64,000 nt of DNA from Trichoplax sp. H2 (GCA_003344405.1 NOWV01000128.1:62001-126000); one strand, 5' to 3'; counted from the stretch's first letter, positions 14,632-28,425 are shown. Made by a program: numbers and translations. Notes: a model not told the origin generated them from the letters alone.

Positions 14632-17600
14632 TTAACTACTAATGCTATTTGGTACATTTTTTGGATGAAGGTACTTATAGCTCAAATGGCCATTGGCAAC
14701 ATTGGCGTTATTTCTAGCCACTAAATTAGCTTGAATGGTATCAATGCGAGCCTTGAATTCGAAGACCAACTCTTCAGCATCGCTATCTGCCATGCTAGCA
14801 GCATAATCGAACAAACTATCGAAATGTAATGAAGCCAAGTTGAAGCCAACTTCTACATGAGTCTAGGATAGAAGAAATAAATATTAGAGATAAATTTATT
14901 ATTGCGAAATATTAGTACTGGAAAGCTATTGAGGTAAAGTAAATGATGACCCTATAGTACTTTAGTTGTGGTTAATTATTATTATCTTGTTCAAGAATGT
15001 AGAGTGTTACTAATTATAATTGTAATTATCCTGAAAAATTTAGTATCAAACCTTGTACTATTGTTTACAGTTAAACTCATAAAATTTGAAATTTTGCCAA
15101 TATTGTTTGTCTACTAACGTCGCAGATTCTAATGATAAATGCTTATTGGATAATTATACTTACTAAAGATTGGGTCTTGGTTGGGAATTTTATTGGGTCA
15201 AATCCTGTTACACCGTCCACGTTATAAATTTTACCAGGCATATTAGGTAGAAAAGTGCCATATTCAATGACTGGAAAATTAACTGCTGCATGTTGGCAAG
15301 AAGAAGACCAAACGAATTTATGTAATACATCGATGACTTGAGCTTTTGTAGTGAAAGATTGAGGGAAGTCGCGTAACTACATATTTAAGCGAGACGATAC
15401 CAGTTTAAGTAAGTAAGTAATGATAACGAATTATAGTTTATTTGTAGTCTCTGAATACTATTAACATCAGTTCATATATTGCAATAAAGTTTAGCTTTAA
15501 AATACATAGCTCTAGGTGACTCAAAATGACACTGGATACAGTTATTACTCACTTTGCCTTTGCCTGAGTCTGGAGTACCTGTAGCACCTAAAGCAATTTC
15601 GTTTGCCCAACGTTGCATTTCATGATCGGCAACTACAGTTGCATCATCTACATAATATCTGAGAAAATTAATTTGTAAAATTAGAATCGAAGGTTATTGT
15701 ATTTGTTCCTCCAGGTCAGTTGTCTATTAAACTTACAGGTTAACGTAATCTCGTATAAAATCACCAATAGCTTTATATAATTCTAGCCCATCATCTCGGT
15801 AAGGAAAGAAAGGAAGTGCTTGCTTATCCAATAATCCAGATTTCTAACTCATGATAAATATAATATATAGCGACTTAAATTAGTATATACTACAAAACGT
15901 TGTACTCAATTAATGGTAGACTGTTCAGTGATTCGATAATACAAATTTTTATATCATTATAAACTAGATATTGCTGCTTAAGTGCCCAGAAGGTGATGCT
16001 TTTAACCAAAGCTAGCAGAATCGTTGTCTTACTAAGCAATTACTACAAGCAGCTTCAGTTATAATCCTATTTCTTAATATAACAGTTAGGTCAATTTTTT
16101 TTCGGTAGTGAACGATAAGTACTTCAATATTTTGCGTTTAATATATTGTAGCACAAAATTTATTTAACTCGTTAAATACTAGTTAAGCTCAAACCTTTAA
16201 TCGATAATTAGGGTCGTGATTATTAAATGACCAGGTATTAAATCCATTATTTATAACGTCATTTTGTCCCTTGAATCCAACAGTCAGGATTCTGTCCACT
16301 CTACCACCGAGTGGTATTAAGCTTAATTCGCCAACTTTATTCGTAGTCAATGTTCCTCTACAATGTTGGCGAATAAGTTGGCCCACAGGATGCGTTATTG
16401 GTATATTTCGTTTACCTGATACACATAAGGGATCGTTGACTAGATGAGTATGCAATAAATGTTCTAATAATTCAGCGGTAGTAAAAGCGGACATTTGAAC
16501 TAAAATTTTAGCAATGGTCCAGTTATCGCCATCATCTGGTGTATATACTGGCGAATTTTGAGTACTATTGATCTGAATAGCAACAGGCAAAAATTCTCCA
16601 TGGTTGACGTCCGGATTTGAAACAAAGATTGCAATTGGCGACATTAAAGTCATCATAGTTCTACCATCATTTGGTATTTCTTCAAAATCGGGGCTGGTTC
16701 TTATTCCTCTAAGCTCAGGAAATTCTGATACGTATACCCTACCATCTTGCACAGCCTTAAAAGTATAAAAAATAGCAAATTATATTTATGCGCAAGCATA
16801 CGATTGAGATTTAGATAGAACTGATAGGGAAATACAGTAATCTTTATTTACTTACATCAACAAAGGTATTACTATAATAAGGCGAATTAGAAGCCAGTTT
16901 GGATCGAATTGCTTTCTTCCACTTGAATGATGAGTTTAGAACGGATTTTAAGGTTGAGATCTTAACGCCATATAAATTAGCAGCTACAGATGATACATAA
17001 AAATATTAATAGAATCCAATCATGCTATCAAAAATCATTGAGAAATAGCATGATACCAAAATAGCCCTTATTTTTATATCAAGTAGTCACCTTTTTGACA
17101 TAATATTTTTCTCAAAGGCCAGAAACAGAAACTGTATCTTAATTTTAAGCCAGATTGAGTAAATCCAGCTGTTAAACATCGACGGAATGCACTAGGTTGA
17201 TTGCTGGCACCCACAACTGGAGTGCCATCGGGCCATGTACCGTTACCGCCGTCAACATAAACGGGGACAGAAGCAAATTTATATCGCTTATTTACTTTAG
17301 CGGCTTCCTGTGAATCCGATAGATCTGCTAGATGGCTGATATGGCATTCGCAGACATGTTTTGCAGCATTAAAATTGCTGTAAGGGTATCCACGGAACAT
17401 TCTATAGCAATTCTCTCCAATTAACGTCCATCCTCGTGGACAAGCTAAAGAAGAACAGACATTGCTTTAAAATTGATCGTGCTCAAGGCTAACTGAAAAT
17501 AATTGAAAGGCTAATATTATTGTAGTAAGGCCCAAACTATACTTTAAATGAAAATTCTACTAACTACCAATACTTTGGTTAATGTAAAGAATGTTTTTGG

Positions 17601-20600
17601 TTATATATCAGGCAGTATACCGAATCTATACAGTCACCTAAAGAAGATCAAGAAAGCATGATACTTACGCTTGCCGATAACGCGCTTCACGGGGAATGGA
17701 TTTAATCCGGCAATTTGCTGCTCTGCAAATACACGATCATCTTGCCACATATCAATAATTAAATCATTGATATTAGTTGGGACATTTCCTTGGTCCTACG
17801 TATGTGAGAAAAGCATTACAAGAATTGATTCTCAATCGATAGAAAACATTACAATCATTGTCTATTATCAAGTGAGAATGTCGTAAAGGTTCCCCATTTT
17901 AATACTGATATTAGAGATTACTTCTATACACTTACCACATGAAACATATAGAAGAAGAAAAATAATTCTCGCCAATCTGAAATACTAGAAAATTCCCGGA
18001 CAGAATTATTTCCTAGACTTAAGTAAGTCTGGACTAATTGTCCGTTGGTTCCCAATATAAAAAAGTATTGATTTAACCAAGGTGCTTCAAACGGGTCACT
18101 GGCTCCAACACCAAAAGCCGTTGGTGGATCGATGTCCCATAATGGAGTAAGTAATACATCTAAATCACGACCAGAGTCATTAAAATTAGGCGTAGTACGG
18201 ATTTTATAAATAACACGATTAGTAGCTAATTCTGTTTGGCGCTGGATGGTACAGTTGGGGCTAGCATTTTGCGGCAATGCTACTGGACAGGTTTGGCTAG
18301 TCGATCTTTTGCTATGTTGTTCAGCATCGCGATCGAATAAATTATTGTCAAAATTTTCTTCACTTCCAACGTCGATATCCGCTGCCCAACGTGTGAATTG
18401 ATCAAAAGGCGATCCTAAAGTTTCAATAAATTCAAGGAAAATTTTGCAGAATGAAAAGTTGATGCAATCCGTCTTGAATTATGATACTCTCTATCTGATC
18501 TAAAAATCATGATCTCTGCATCTATATCCGTTCGTTATAGTAAATGAAATATGACTGATATCGCCGCAATACTTAAATTAACAATTACTGACTTTTGTAC
18601 CTAACGTAGTCTAAATTTAGATAAGATGAATTATGGAAGCATCATACTAGAAAATAGTAGAGATGGAATATGAATTAAGAGTGCAAGTTACTTTTTTTTC
18701 CATTCGTCGCGTTATAAGTTGTTGATTGACATCCTCTATAGCCCAAGACGCATAAGCACTTATCTGGCTTATAACAAGATTCCTTATTGCCACAGGGTAC
18801 CTTGCAAGTTGCTAATTATAGAATAAATGAATCAATAAATGACTAATGAATTGAGCACATTATTTTAGAATCATTAAGCAAGTAAATTTCAAGCTATTGA
18901 GATTTTTGATCGCAAAACTGAGACTAGAAATAGTCCTACGCAAACAAAAATGGTGGAAAGGATTGAATCATGAGTGTTAAAAGTTGAGGTAGATTATATT
19001 ACAGTTACGCTTAATTAGACGAAATTACACATAAATCATCTATTTTATCATAAATACCATAGCTTACAGAAAAAAAGGAGATCGCAATCAATACGATACA
19101 GAAATTTAACGCTGCACAAGATTGTCTATTTTAAGGCTACGCTTTTGATTGGTAATTGAATTTTAGAAGTACAAAAATTTTGCACTATTGAGACTGAAAT
19201 TCACTGCAGAGTTTAGTCATCTATTTTCTTCCGGATTATTGTACAAAGTGTGAGCACCGCATACTATTGCACTTACGAATAAAGCAAGGTGCATTTCCTT
19301 CTCGATTACCGCCGGCCCTTGTCCAGCCATCGCAGCATCGAAATTTTGTAGCCCTAGCAATATAGTCTTCCTCATCAAAGAATCGGTCGCTGATGCTATG
19401 GTAAGCTCGCCTAAAATAAATTTTCAAAGTATGACATTTATATTACTTTCTATTATTAATTCAATGCCAATCAATATCACGAATTTCGCGTATTATTTCC
19501 CACTCCACTAAAAGTAATTATAAATACTTGGCAAACTGTAAGCTTAAATAAATCTCGATATCAGGATTAAGCTCAGCCTATATGTACTATAGAATGGAAG
19601 TTTAAACTCTGAGATATTATCGAAGGTATTCAATACTAAATCATATCTGTGTCATGATAAAGGTAAGAATAAGTTGGCCAATTTTTCACAGGATCCTATT
19701 ACAACATACGATTTGACTTTTGCTAAGTGTAATATTATAATTAGCATGTTACTCACACTGTAACGCTGTAATATTTATTTCTTCTTAGTCTAAACTGTAA
19801 TTATTGTAGTGGTTATCTACCTAAAACTGAACTTACTGCTTGAGCTCATTTCAGTAAATGATCACTTTTGTTTCACTAATGATCAATACTACCACAGTTA
19901 TTACCGCATTTATTGCTACCGCTTATCGATGTCTAATCTTAATTACACCGGAAGCTGTCCAGTTTACTACTGTCATTTAAACTAGATACATCTAACTTTG
20001 CAAAATCTGCGATCCAATTTACTGATTAACCTGCCAATAGAATTTATTTTAATCATGATTGATTATATGCTAGAATAAGATATTTTACAATATCATCAGT
20101 ACTATACCACTGTGCAATCAACTCTTGCGGCAATTTTAGCCCCTTTTCTATACAGATAAAAGTAAATAATTTGGAATGGTGGTTTACCAGTTTGACGCCC
20201 ATGTTAATAAATTTAGTTTAGCCAGCATACAATGGAATTATTTACATGGATAGTGTAATACGTTAAATTTTAGGTAATGCATGCACATATTTAGTGAATT
20301 TTATGGCATTTACCGGTATTAATGCATGTTGTAAACTAATTACGATCGATAATAATCGATACTAGTGCGGTATAATATCCGCATATGCTAGTTATAATTA
20401 GAATTATCCATTAAATTGTTTTCAAATTTTAATAATACTAAGATCAATAACAGTAAATTATAATTATAAACTTTTATACGAAGAAAATCGAGAAGAACAT
20501 TAAAGCTAACATCAAAATGGTTGATAGCTTCAATTAAAAACTTACTTGGCAGTATAAGAGCAGACATTGACATTGACGGAACCACTACTATTAAGACAAT

Positions 20601-23449
20601 GAATAAATAGATGTTATTATTTAACATTTCCATCATCTATAAATAATAACTTTGTCTTCTATTTGTAATAGATCAATTTTAATTGATAAACTATAAATGA
20701 AAAATTATTCTTTGCGTCACCATTGAATTATTAAAATAGGCTATTTTACGATGAAGTTGAGAAAAACAGTCGCTTATAAAAGCCTAACAAATCTGATAAC
20801 AGTCACCAATTTTACAAATATACAGTATTCACAAAAAGATCGTTTGTAATTAACATTCAATATCATTATCTATTGCTAATGTGGAGCATTAGTAATCAAA
20901 TAGATAAATTCTACAGTATTGCTGTTATTTTGAACGGTGGTAATTACTTATTCCGGAAAGCAGAAATTATTTGGCCGATGTAACTAGTTATTTGCAAGTA
21001 TAAGTGGCGTTTTAGCTATTATTACTGAATAAATCCAGAATTTTCTTCTATGATGTGTAAATTAATTGGGCCAATGTAACAAGTTATTTGAAAATATTTA
21101 CTGTGATTTCACTCTTATGATAATATACTCGTAGGATCACTATTTTTCTTCCATGACAGGTAAATTAATTGGCCAATTGAACTGGTTATTATCCGCAATC
21201 CATATTACTTTTCAAATTATCGTGTTTTCCATTTTATTTTGCTGATACGTCCTTAATTAGCGGTTTTAAAATTTCAGCTGTATCATGACGCTGCAGCAAT
21301 TAAGTGAAAAATAATACACGGATTTAAGCTATGCTTTAATAATTTTAACCACTTTCTACAGTTGGCTTTAGTAGTAGTTTTAGAGTTCATTCCGCGTACT
21401 TGACGACTGATCTTGATTTGATTCATTACAATTTAATGTGTTCTAGAATAATACTTATGTATCATTTACTACAAATTGATGATAGTTATTATTTCGAAGT
21501 ATTGTTTGAAATAAATTATGAATAATGATCTTGTATCATTTAAAGTAATTGGATGATAACTGTTGTTCCAAATTGTTTTTTGAACGCGTTATACAATAAT
21601 AATTATGAATTATTGAAATCATAAATGCAATGACTGTTGTTTCCAAATATTGTTTATGCACATTAGGGAAAAATGAAGATAACGGTATAGACAATCATAA
21701 CATTCTATGCATAATCTAAATTTAGTTATAATTATTCTCGCATCGCGGTAAATGATGGAGTAAGTTAAAAATAATCTTAATAGATTAATATGAATCGACA
21801 ATATATGGAAATATTATGTTATGAATAAATAATGTTAATTTGTTTCCATGATTTATAAAGGTGTTGTGATTTCAGCTAATTATAGTATTATTGTGTTTTG
21901 AAAATGTAATATCGATATGTAGTAATCACTATGTAGTAGAGAATAATCGTTTATGCTTAATAAAGTAATTGTGGATGATAGGGGTTAAAACCATTCATTA
22001 AAGAAATTAAAGTAATTCTAGATGACAGGGTTAAAACCTTTCATTACAGAAAATTTTATTGTTATAACTTATGCTCAATGTAATTTCAATTTAAAATAAT
22101 GTACTGGTAATTCGATGATATCTAGAAATACCTTGGTGGGACGTAATAAATCCAAATCGATAGCACCGATTCAAGCTAAGGATAGCAAAAATCTCTGAAC
22201 TAATAAATTAAGTAAACTTTTCGACTATGTCTAATTTGCACAAAATAATTTGCATTAAAAGTTTTAATTGCGATCGATAGATAAAACATTTATCTTTCGA
22301 TTTCTCTTCTCTGGTCGGAGTTATTACTTTGAGCTTTTGATCATTACATAAGATCAATTAGTTCACAATTAGAATGTGATATTTATTATCATTAATTACT
22401 CATAAGAATTGGTTTTAATCACAAATGATCTCAATTAAAAAAAATTTACTGGTCTATATTAGTCCAGTTTGACATGATTGTCATTTGCAAAAAAGTTATC
22501 TAGTAGTGATTTAAAATCTTATTTATTGCCTTCAGACTCAAGTTGGCTTTGATCAAGTACGATACCTATCTAATCAGACTTGATATAATCTGGCTTTTTA
22601 GACATTAAATGATATTAATTGGATGCATTTTGCTATCATTTCCTTATCTGGTATGAAATATCCAATTACAACTTCTACTATATTTAGTGGGCAAATAAAA
22701 AAAGGGTAGTTCCGTATGCTATCCATATCAATACCTAGCTATAACTTCTACCTTTTTAGCTATCAATAAAGCTATTTATATTCGATTTATTCACTGGCCT
22801 AATAAAAAATAGGATAATTCTGTATGCTATCCTTGACAGTAGCTAAATATAAATTAGATGATTATTATATAATCGAGAGGCCAATTATACGCTGCTTTGA
22901 TTTCATTTTGAAGACTACCTCATTTCTGTTTTATTGTCTGCTTTTACCAACAAAATTATCTTTTAGCCATAATATAGTCATCTTTCAATAACAGTTACTG
23001 TTATTTGGAACTGTGTTAACTTTAAAATTACCTTTTGTGTAAAAATTGGTTAGTTAAGAAGGTATAAAAATAGGATAGCATCTTAAATGCTATCGCTAGT
23101 TGTTATCATCGTGATAATTTCTAATCAAACTTTCATCCAGATTCGAGTTCTTTTTATTTGCTGTTATTTTCCTACTAATTTCTGCTTTCGTTATAATATT
23201 AAGGTGCAATTTTAAAATAAACTAGACCACAATTTTGCTTTGGTGTTAACCACAGCTTCGTGTATTAAGTGATTAGACTAAAGACGCTTCTAAAATGGGG
23301 CTATTAACCTGGCTACAACAAATAAGAACAATCATACTAATATAACTAGATCGATCTTTCTAAGTAGACAATTTGATACTGTATAGTAGACTTTACCTTT
23401 GGGAAGCAGTGGCTAAGGCTACTAAGAGTAGAAAGTATCCAAGATTCAT
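14632..23449 (-). CDS. Secreted lipoxygenase paralog B, complete (~870 aa): signal peptide, CCxGW/NIM-EGF head, acidic spacer, LOX domain with inserted C-type lectin-like domain
   Basis: Exons 23449-23397 (MNLGYFLLLVALATASQ), 19410-19277 (RCCDGW..PCFI), 18811-18692 (PTCKVPCGNKESCYKPDKCLCVLGY), 18414-17936, 17795-17669 (WQDDRVFAEQQIAGLNP), 17444-17091 (CTLD), 16983-16856, 16755-16195 (PVAIQ, WTIAK, HLLHTHL, HPV), 15843-15737 (PYRDDG), 15658-15553, 15376-15164 (QHAAVNF), 14862-14632 (YLHPKNVPNSISS*). All phases are compatible (2613 nt). His/His/His/Asn iron ligands are present. Confidence 0.92.
17091..17444 (-). CDS. C-type lectin-like domain exon of LOX paralog B (354 nt, phase 1-1)
   Basis: CPRGWTLIGENCY...AAKHVC...HLA...WPDGT...CL...FC....ILCQ; same length and phase as paralog A. 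Confidence 0.9.
20940..21195. repeat. Degenerate ~100-bp tandem repeat (3 copies) in intron 1 of LOX B
   Basis: Recurring ttggcc(g/a)a(t)tg(t)aac..gttatt at ~20971, ~21067 and ~21169. Confidence 0.45.
21961..22055. repeat. ~47-bp tandem duplication
   Basis: taaagtaatt..gatga.agggttaaaacc.ttcatta.agaaa occurs twice. Confidence 0.7.
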
Positions 23450-23554
23450 GTTATCCGTTATTTTCTCGCTGAGTGCTTGCTATGATGACCAATCACCCGG
23501 TCGTTGTGGAACAACGCAGAGGATGTTTATGAAAATGACAGTGGTTAGATCCTG

Positions 23555-23562
23555 TATTTATA
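23555..23562 (-). promoter_or_regulatory. Candidate TATA box of LOX paralog B
   Basis: TATAAATA on the minus strand ~105 nt upstream of the ATG at 23449; weak evidence in AT-rich DNA. Confidence 0.45.
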
Positions 23563-26500
23563 GTGGTAGATGAAAATCAGCGTAATTTATTATCGCCTCT
23601 AAGGGCATTGATGTACGGAAGTTTACTTTACGCTATTTCTTCATTATCATCAATAATTCATAATATTGACATTTAATTGTTATTCCGATCTGTCAGCAAT
23701 GATTTGTATTCTTGATATCTTAATAATTCATTTTAAGATTCAATTTGATGAAAAATTATCTTGATCAATTTCTCAGAATTAATGACAAAGTTGGTCTTCC
23801 TATGCTGGCAAAATGTTTTACCTTCTTTTTTCGCATTTTAAGTTCATTGCTACATATTATATAACTTTGGAAGCTGTAATTATGGTGCAGATAATTGGCA
23901 GTAGCCTATTTTGATTTCTTCCTGTGTTTCTGTATGATTTGAATGACTATTCTTTATCTAATGCATATTATTAGCTTATTATCGTTATGATTTCTTCAAT
24001 AGTCTGATCATGACGGCTTGCTTGCGTCCTCAGATGGATTCTGCTTTAATTATAAATTAGAATCTGGATGGATTAATTGTAGCTCAGTCAATATTGCATT
24101 GGGGTTGTCAAGCGGATGCAAAAATGAAAATTTAAATAAAAAAATCCTCCTGGTCTTTCATTTAGCGTGTAAGAATAAGTAGAGTCTGACCTTTAAGCTT
24201 TGTGGCGATTTAATTGCTATGCTAAGCTAATCGTAAATATTTCTTGACGACATCATAGGTGTGATATTCATCTGACGAATATCGTAAAAGGAATCCAATA
24301 TAGCAAATAAATAGAATAGAAATCTCTTCATATCGTGTTGTCCCTACAAAGAATATTAGGTATACAATTTTAATCGAATGAATAGTAAACAAAGCCTCGC
24401 TTGTGTGCTATACCGCTTAGGCTTTGATGGTAAGGAATTGCAACAGATTCATGCGACTTATTATATATCATTATGCATTATCTTGAACAATTAATGCCAA
24501 ATATAAAAAGATTGCAAGTATATTAATACTTATTCTGATTTTGTAAAATCTCATATATAAAGTAATTAACTTCATGTGAGTAAAATTTAAAATCTGTTTA
24601 GGTGTTGGAGTGTGAGCTAAGATGTATAAGAATTTTAAACTAAAAGTTAGTTATCTCGCTTCAGTAGTTAAAATCGCTGATTATCTAGATTTAAAATAGT
24701 TGTTATTCCGGTCAGTAGGCCATTCATTAATAATTTACCAGATAACATTGTTACTTAGCTACTAATAAAGGATTCAGGCAGTAGCTCACAGTTAATCTAC
24801 TCCTAGTAATAAATCACATTTCCAATAACTTCGATCAAGGATTGCTTTATTAATCGCATCTGCGATCGTTATTTATTTAAAATATTACTATGCAAACGTC
24901 GTGGCATCGGTGATTATTTCTTTAGGATCTTGGTAAATGAATAAACATGTTTATTTCTGTAGCAGAAATAAATGAAGTGGCAATAAGTGAAAAAATGAAT
25001 ATTATAATAAAATTTAGTGTTAGTGAGCAGCTATAAGTTATTAAGTAGAGAAGTATATTTTTGCTTAAAATAGATTCATTGGTACTTGTCTAAGTACTCT
25101 GGTTCTACTCAATGAATTATTCGGAAAATCGAATTAGTTTAGAATAGATAAAATAGCATTTGAGTATTGAAGATTATTCCTGCAGGTATTTTATATTTTG
25201 ATTGTGTAATAGATCAAACTATGTGAGTAAGCTACAATTTGTTACCATAGATATCACAATATAAGTGTAAATAATGAATAAATCTGTTAGAAATAGCTTA
25301 AAATGCTATTCCAATCTGATATTGGCCTAAACTTCTGGAGATGTAATCGGTGGATTACATTAAGATCTGTCATGAGCCTAAGGCCTCGATCGATGTTGAC
25401 AATTTTATCCAGATATACGTGCTATTACAACAATTACTTTAAGTAAAGAAAGAGAATATTGTCTCATAAAACGAAATTATAATTAAAATGTAGAAAGCAT
25501 GTGAAAATATTATCTCATACATCTAAATTATAATCGAAGTTCAATCAGAATATGAAATTCATAAGTATTTAGTATAAGTCAGGGTGCAATTTAATACCAA
25601 TTTGATTGATCAAAGTTTTTGCTGTAATTTGTCTTGCTTATACTGCTATAAGTCATAATTTAGAACAGCTCTTTCATACGCAGTCAACTTAAAGATATTT
25701 CGTCTACTTATAATTACACATAATATCTAATTTATGTGATGTCAAGATTATTCTAGTTGATAATAGAGAAAAATTGTATGATCTATAATTAATTACTGTC
25801 TAGCGATCCGATAACATAAATATCTAGTTTTTTTGGTTCCTATGCATAGAAGTTCGATTTTGCAGTCTGTTATCATGAATTGTATAGATCAAGATCCACA
25901 ATTTTTTATTAATTCGATAATCTCCCTTTCTTTTCGATGCATACGTGTTTGTGCATTTTGCTTTTACGATAATATTGCTAAATTTTAACTACGGACTGAT
26001 TTGAGACTGCTAAATTGACGATAGTTGACTTTAGAAAACACAATTCTATTCAGAGGATCAATTCTCTCGCCTCTTTCCTCTCTTTTTCTATGTATTGTCA
26101 TAAATTAGATATAAGTTAATTTTTCGATATTGTACCAAGAAACAGGGAGATAAGAAAATAATTTATCCATTTTTGTTTCTATTTCTGTTACATTCGTACT
26201 TACGTTGATCGGTTATACTAACGAATATCTAGCTTAATAGTGCCAAACTAACTCAATACCGTATGATACTGTCGCAATTAGAATCCAAGATAGAAATATC
26301 TTAAGAAATTTTTATCTCTTTTTGGGCTAATTATTGTTTTCATCTACAGATAAATCTGCTTATTTCTTCGATAAGTGGCTTTTTGTAGCTTTTTTAATGT
26401 ATCATCGTCTCTCGAGTTAATAGTAAGGGAGAAATTTTATTACGTACGCCTTAGACGATATTGCGAGCTGCAATTTATCGATTAACCAATTAATGAATGA

Positions 26501-28159
26501 ACTAATCAATCAATTCGATTTACTTTTAAAAGCCATCTAATTGAAGCTAATTTAAAATTAAATGATGCAAATCTGAAATTGAAAACGTAAGTAGCTACAG
26601 CATTTTCATGAATATTAATATTAGGCGTAACAACTTCTTTTCGAATACTTTAATTGTTCAATCGCTTTGACCTGTAATTAACTGCCTTATTTTCAGTCTG
26701 TAAGCCCTTAAAATAAAATAATCTATAAATAGATTTATCGAATGGGTGAATAAACGATCTAGTTAAAAATTAGAAGCCTTGTTCATAATATTATGGTACT
26801 GCAATTTAAAAAGGCTTGATTATTAATCTACTAAGGTCATCTAAATCAGGAACGTAGCTTATGTAGAATCTACCATCGTAATAGGATAAGTTAATTTGTG
26901 TATGAGATGACGTAAGATAGGATGGTTTTAAGACCTTGACAATTGCTAGCCAGCTTTGATCATACTGTATTTTGATATTTAGACCAAATAGCAATAATAA
27001 ATAATGTAATCGATCTCTTCAGAAGAGTAATTTTGATTAGAATTGAAAAGTAGCAATAGTAACAATGTTGTTAAGATCGGTCAATAGCCAAACTGCTCTG
27101 ATTATCAATTATAATTTTATGTCAAGATAAAATCGCAATGATAAATTGATCGCATTATAAAATGCTATTTGGATTCATTAATTTTACTCCAATACCTTGC
27201 TATCTACAATCAAGGAAACTGAAATATGAACTTGATTACTTTATAGCTAATTGTGAGCTGTTTAAATCCTTTTTCTTGAATGATTTAAAGATATACTGGC
27301 TTATTCTTTAACGGTATGAATCTAATGCCATTGAGCCTATAATGAAATTTATATAAATATTTTAAACCAGCTTTCAGTCTATCATGAAGGCTCATTTGAT
27401 TTATGAAGCTAAGATAGAATAATATATATGTGGTTATATATTATTGATAACTTTGCTGGCATATCGTTTTAAGATTGAACGATTGTCAAACCTGTTGTGC
27501 TCTACATTAATATTTTATTCGTGCTATCGATCATCCTTACCTTTCATCATTAATACTTATTAATCAGTTCCGGTATGGAAATTTACAGATTTAATTGGCA
27601 AAATAATGGCAGTATCTCTAATTTTCCTTCAAGTTAAAAAAGAATTAGATCCGGATGATAATTAGATAGGTCGAATGAGGATAATTAACGGCTTAGATTA
27701 ACAAAATCCTTTATCTTTACTTTATAACGGAAGGTGATCTGGAATAACCTACCGTATATTTCGTCCATCTATCAAATGATTTTACATAAAATAACGTTAA
27801 GAAGGAAATTATTGGTATTAATGTTTACCAATAATATTAATAAAATGATCTAAAATTACCATGTTGATATTATTTAACTTATTATTTCATGAACATCGTA
27901 CAAATTTTAGACTGATTAAATTTGACTGATGGCGATAGCTGATATGTAAACCTGAATAGTACTAATTTTCATATTATGCGAATGTTATCTCACGAGTATT
28001 GATTCCATCAACATGGTTTATTTGAGTAATTATTTAGAAGAAAACCTATATATTATGCTATAAAATTTGATAGATTGCGCTAATATGGATAAAACTGGTT
28101 GCAAGATTATTCTAATTGGGCTGGTAGGTGCCCCCAAATTTAAACGTTTAGATTTATAG

Positions 28160-28425
28160 TTTTTCTAGTCCTGCCCATCAATGCAGATTTGATGAGTCAT
28201 CAAGATTCACGTAAGCAACTATTTTAAAGGTAATTTATGTAAACAGCTAAAAAACTTCACAGTTTAGTGTAATTGGGATACTACTGCTTGCAGATTGTTC
28301 TAATTTTGCTAATAGATGTCCTCCAAAATATAAACATTTCGATTTATTATCTTTCTAGTCCTGCCTCACTGATGTTGATCCGATGTGTCATCAGGATTCA
28401 TTTAAGCATTTATTCGAAGGGTAAC
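28160..28425. repeat. Diverged ~75-bp direct repeat spaced ~190 bp apart
   Basis: tttctagtcctgcc...gatg.gtcatca.gattca..taagca occurs at ~28162 and ~28352. Confidence 0.6.

Noticed and set aside
14632-23449. Bacterial contamination or recent horizontal transfer as the source of a PLAT-less secreted LOX
   Set aside because: At least eleven spliceosomal introns, animal-type extracellular modules and host-like composition; an ancient origin would need a phylogeny.
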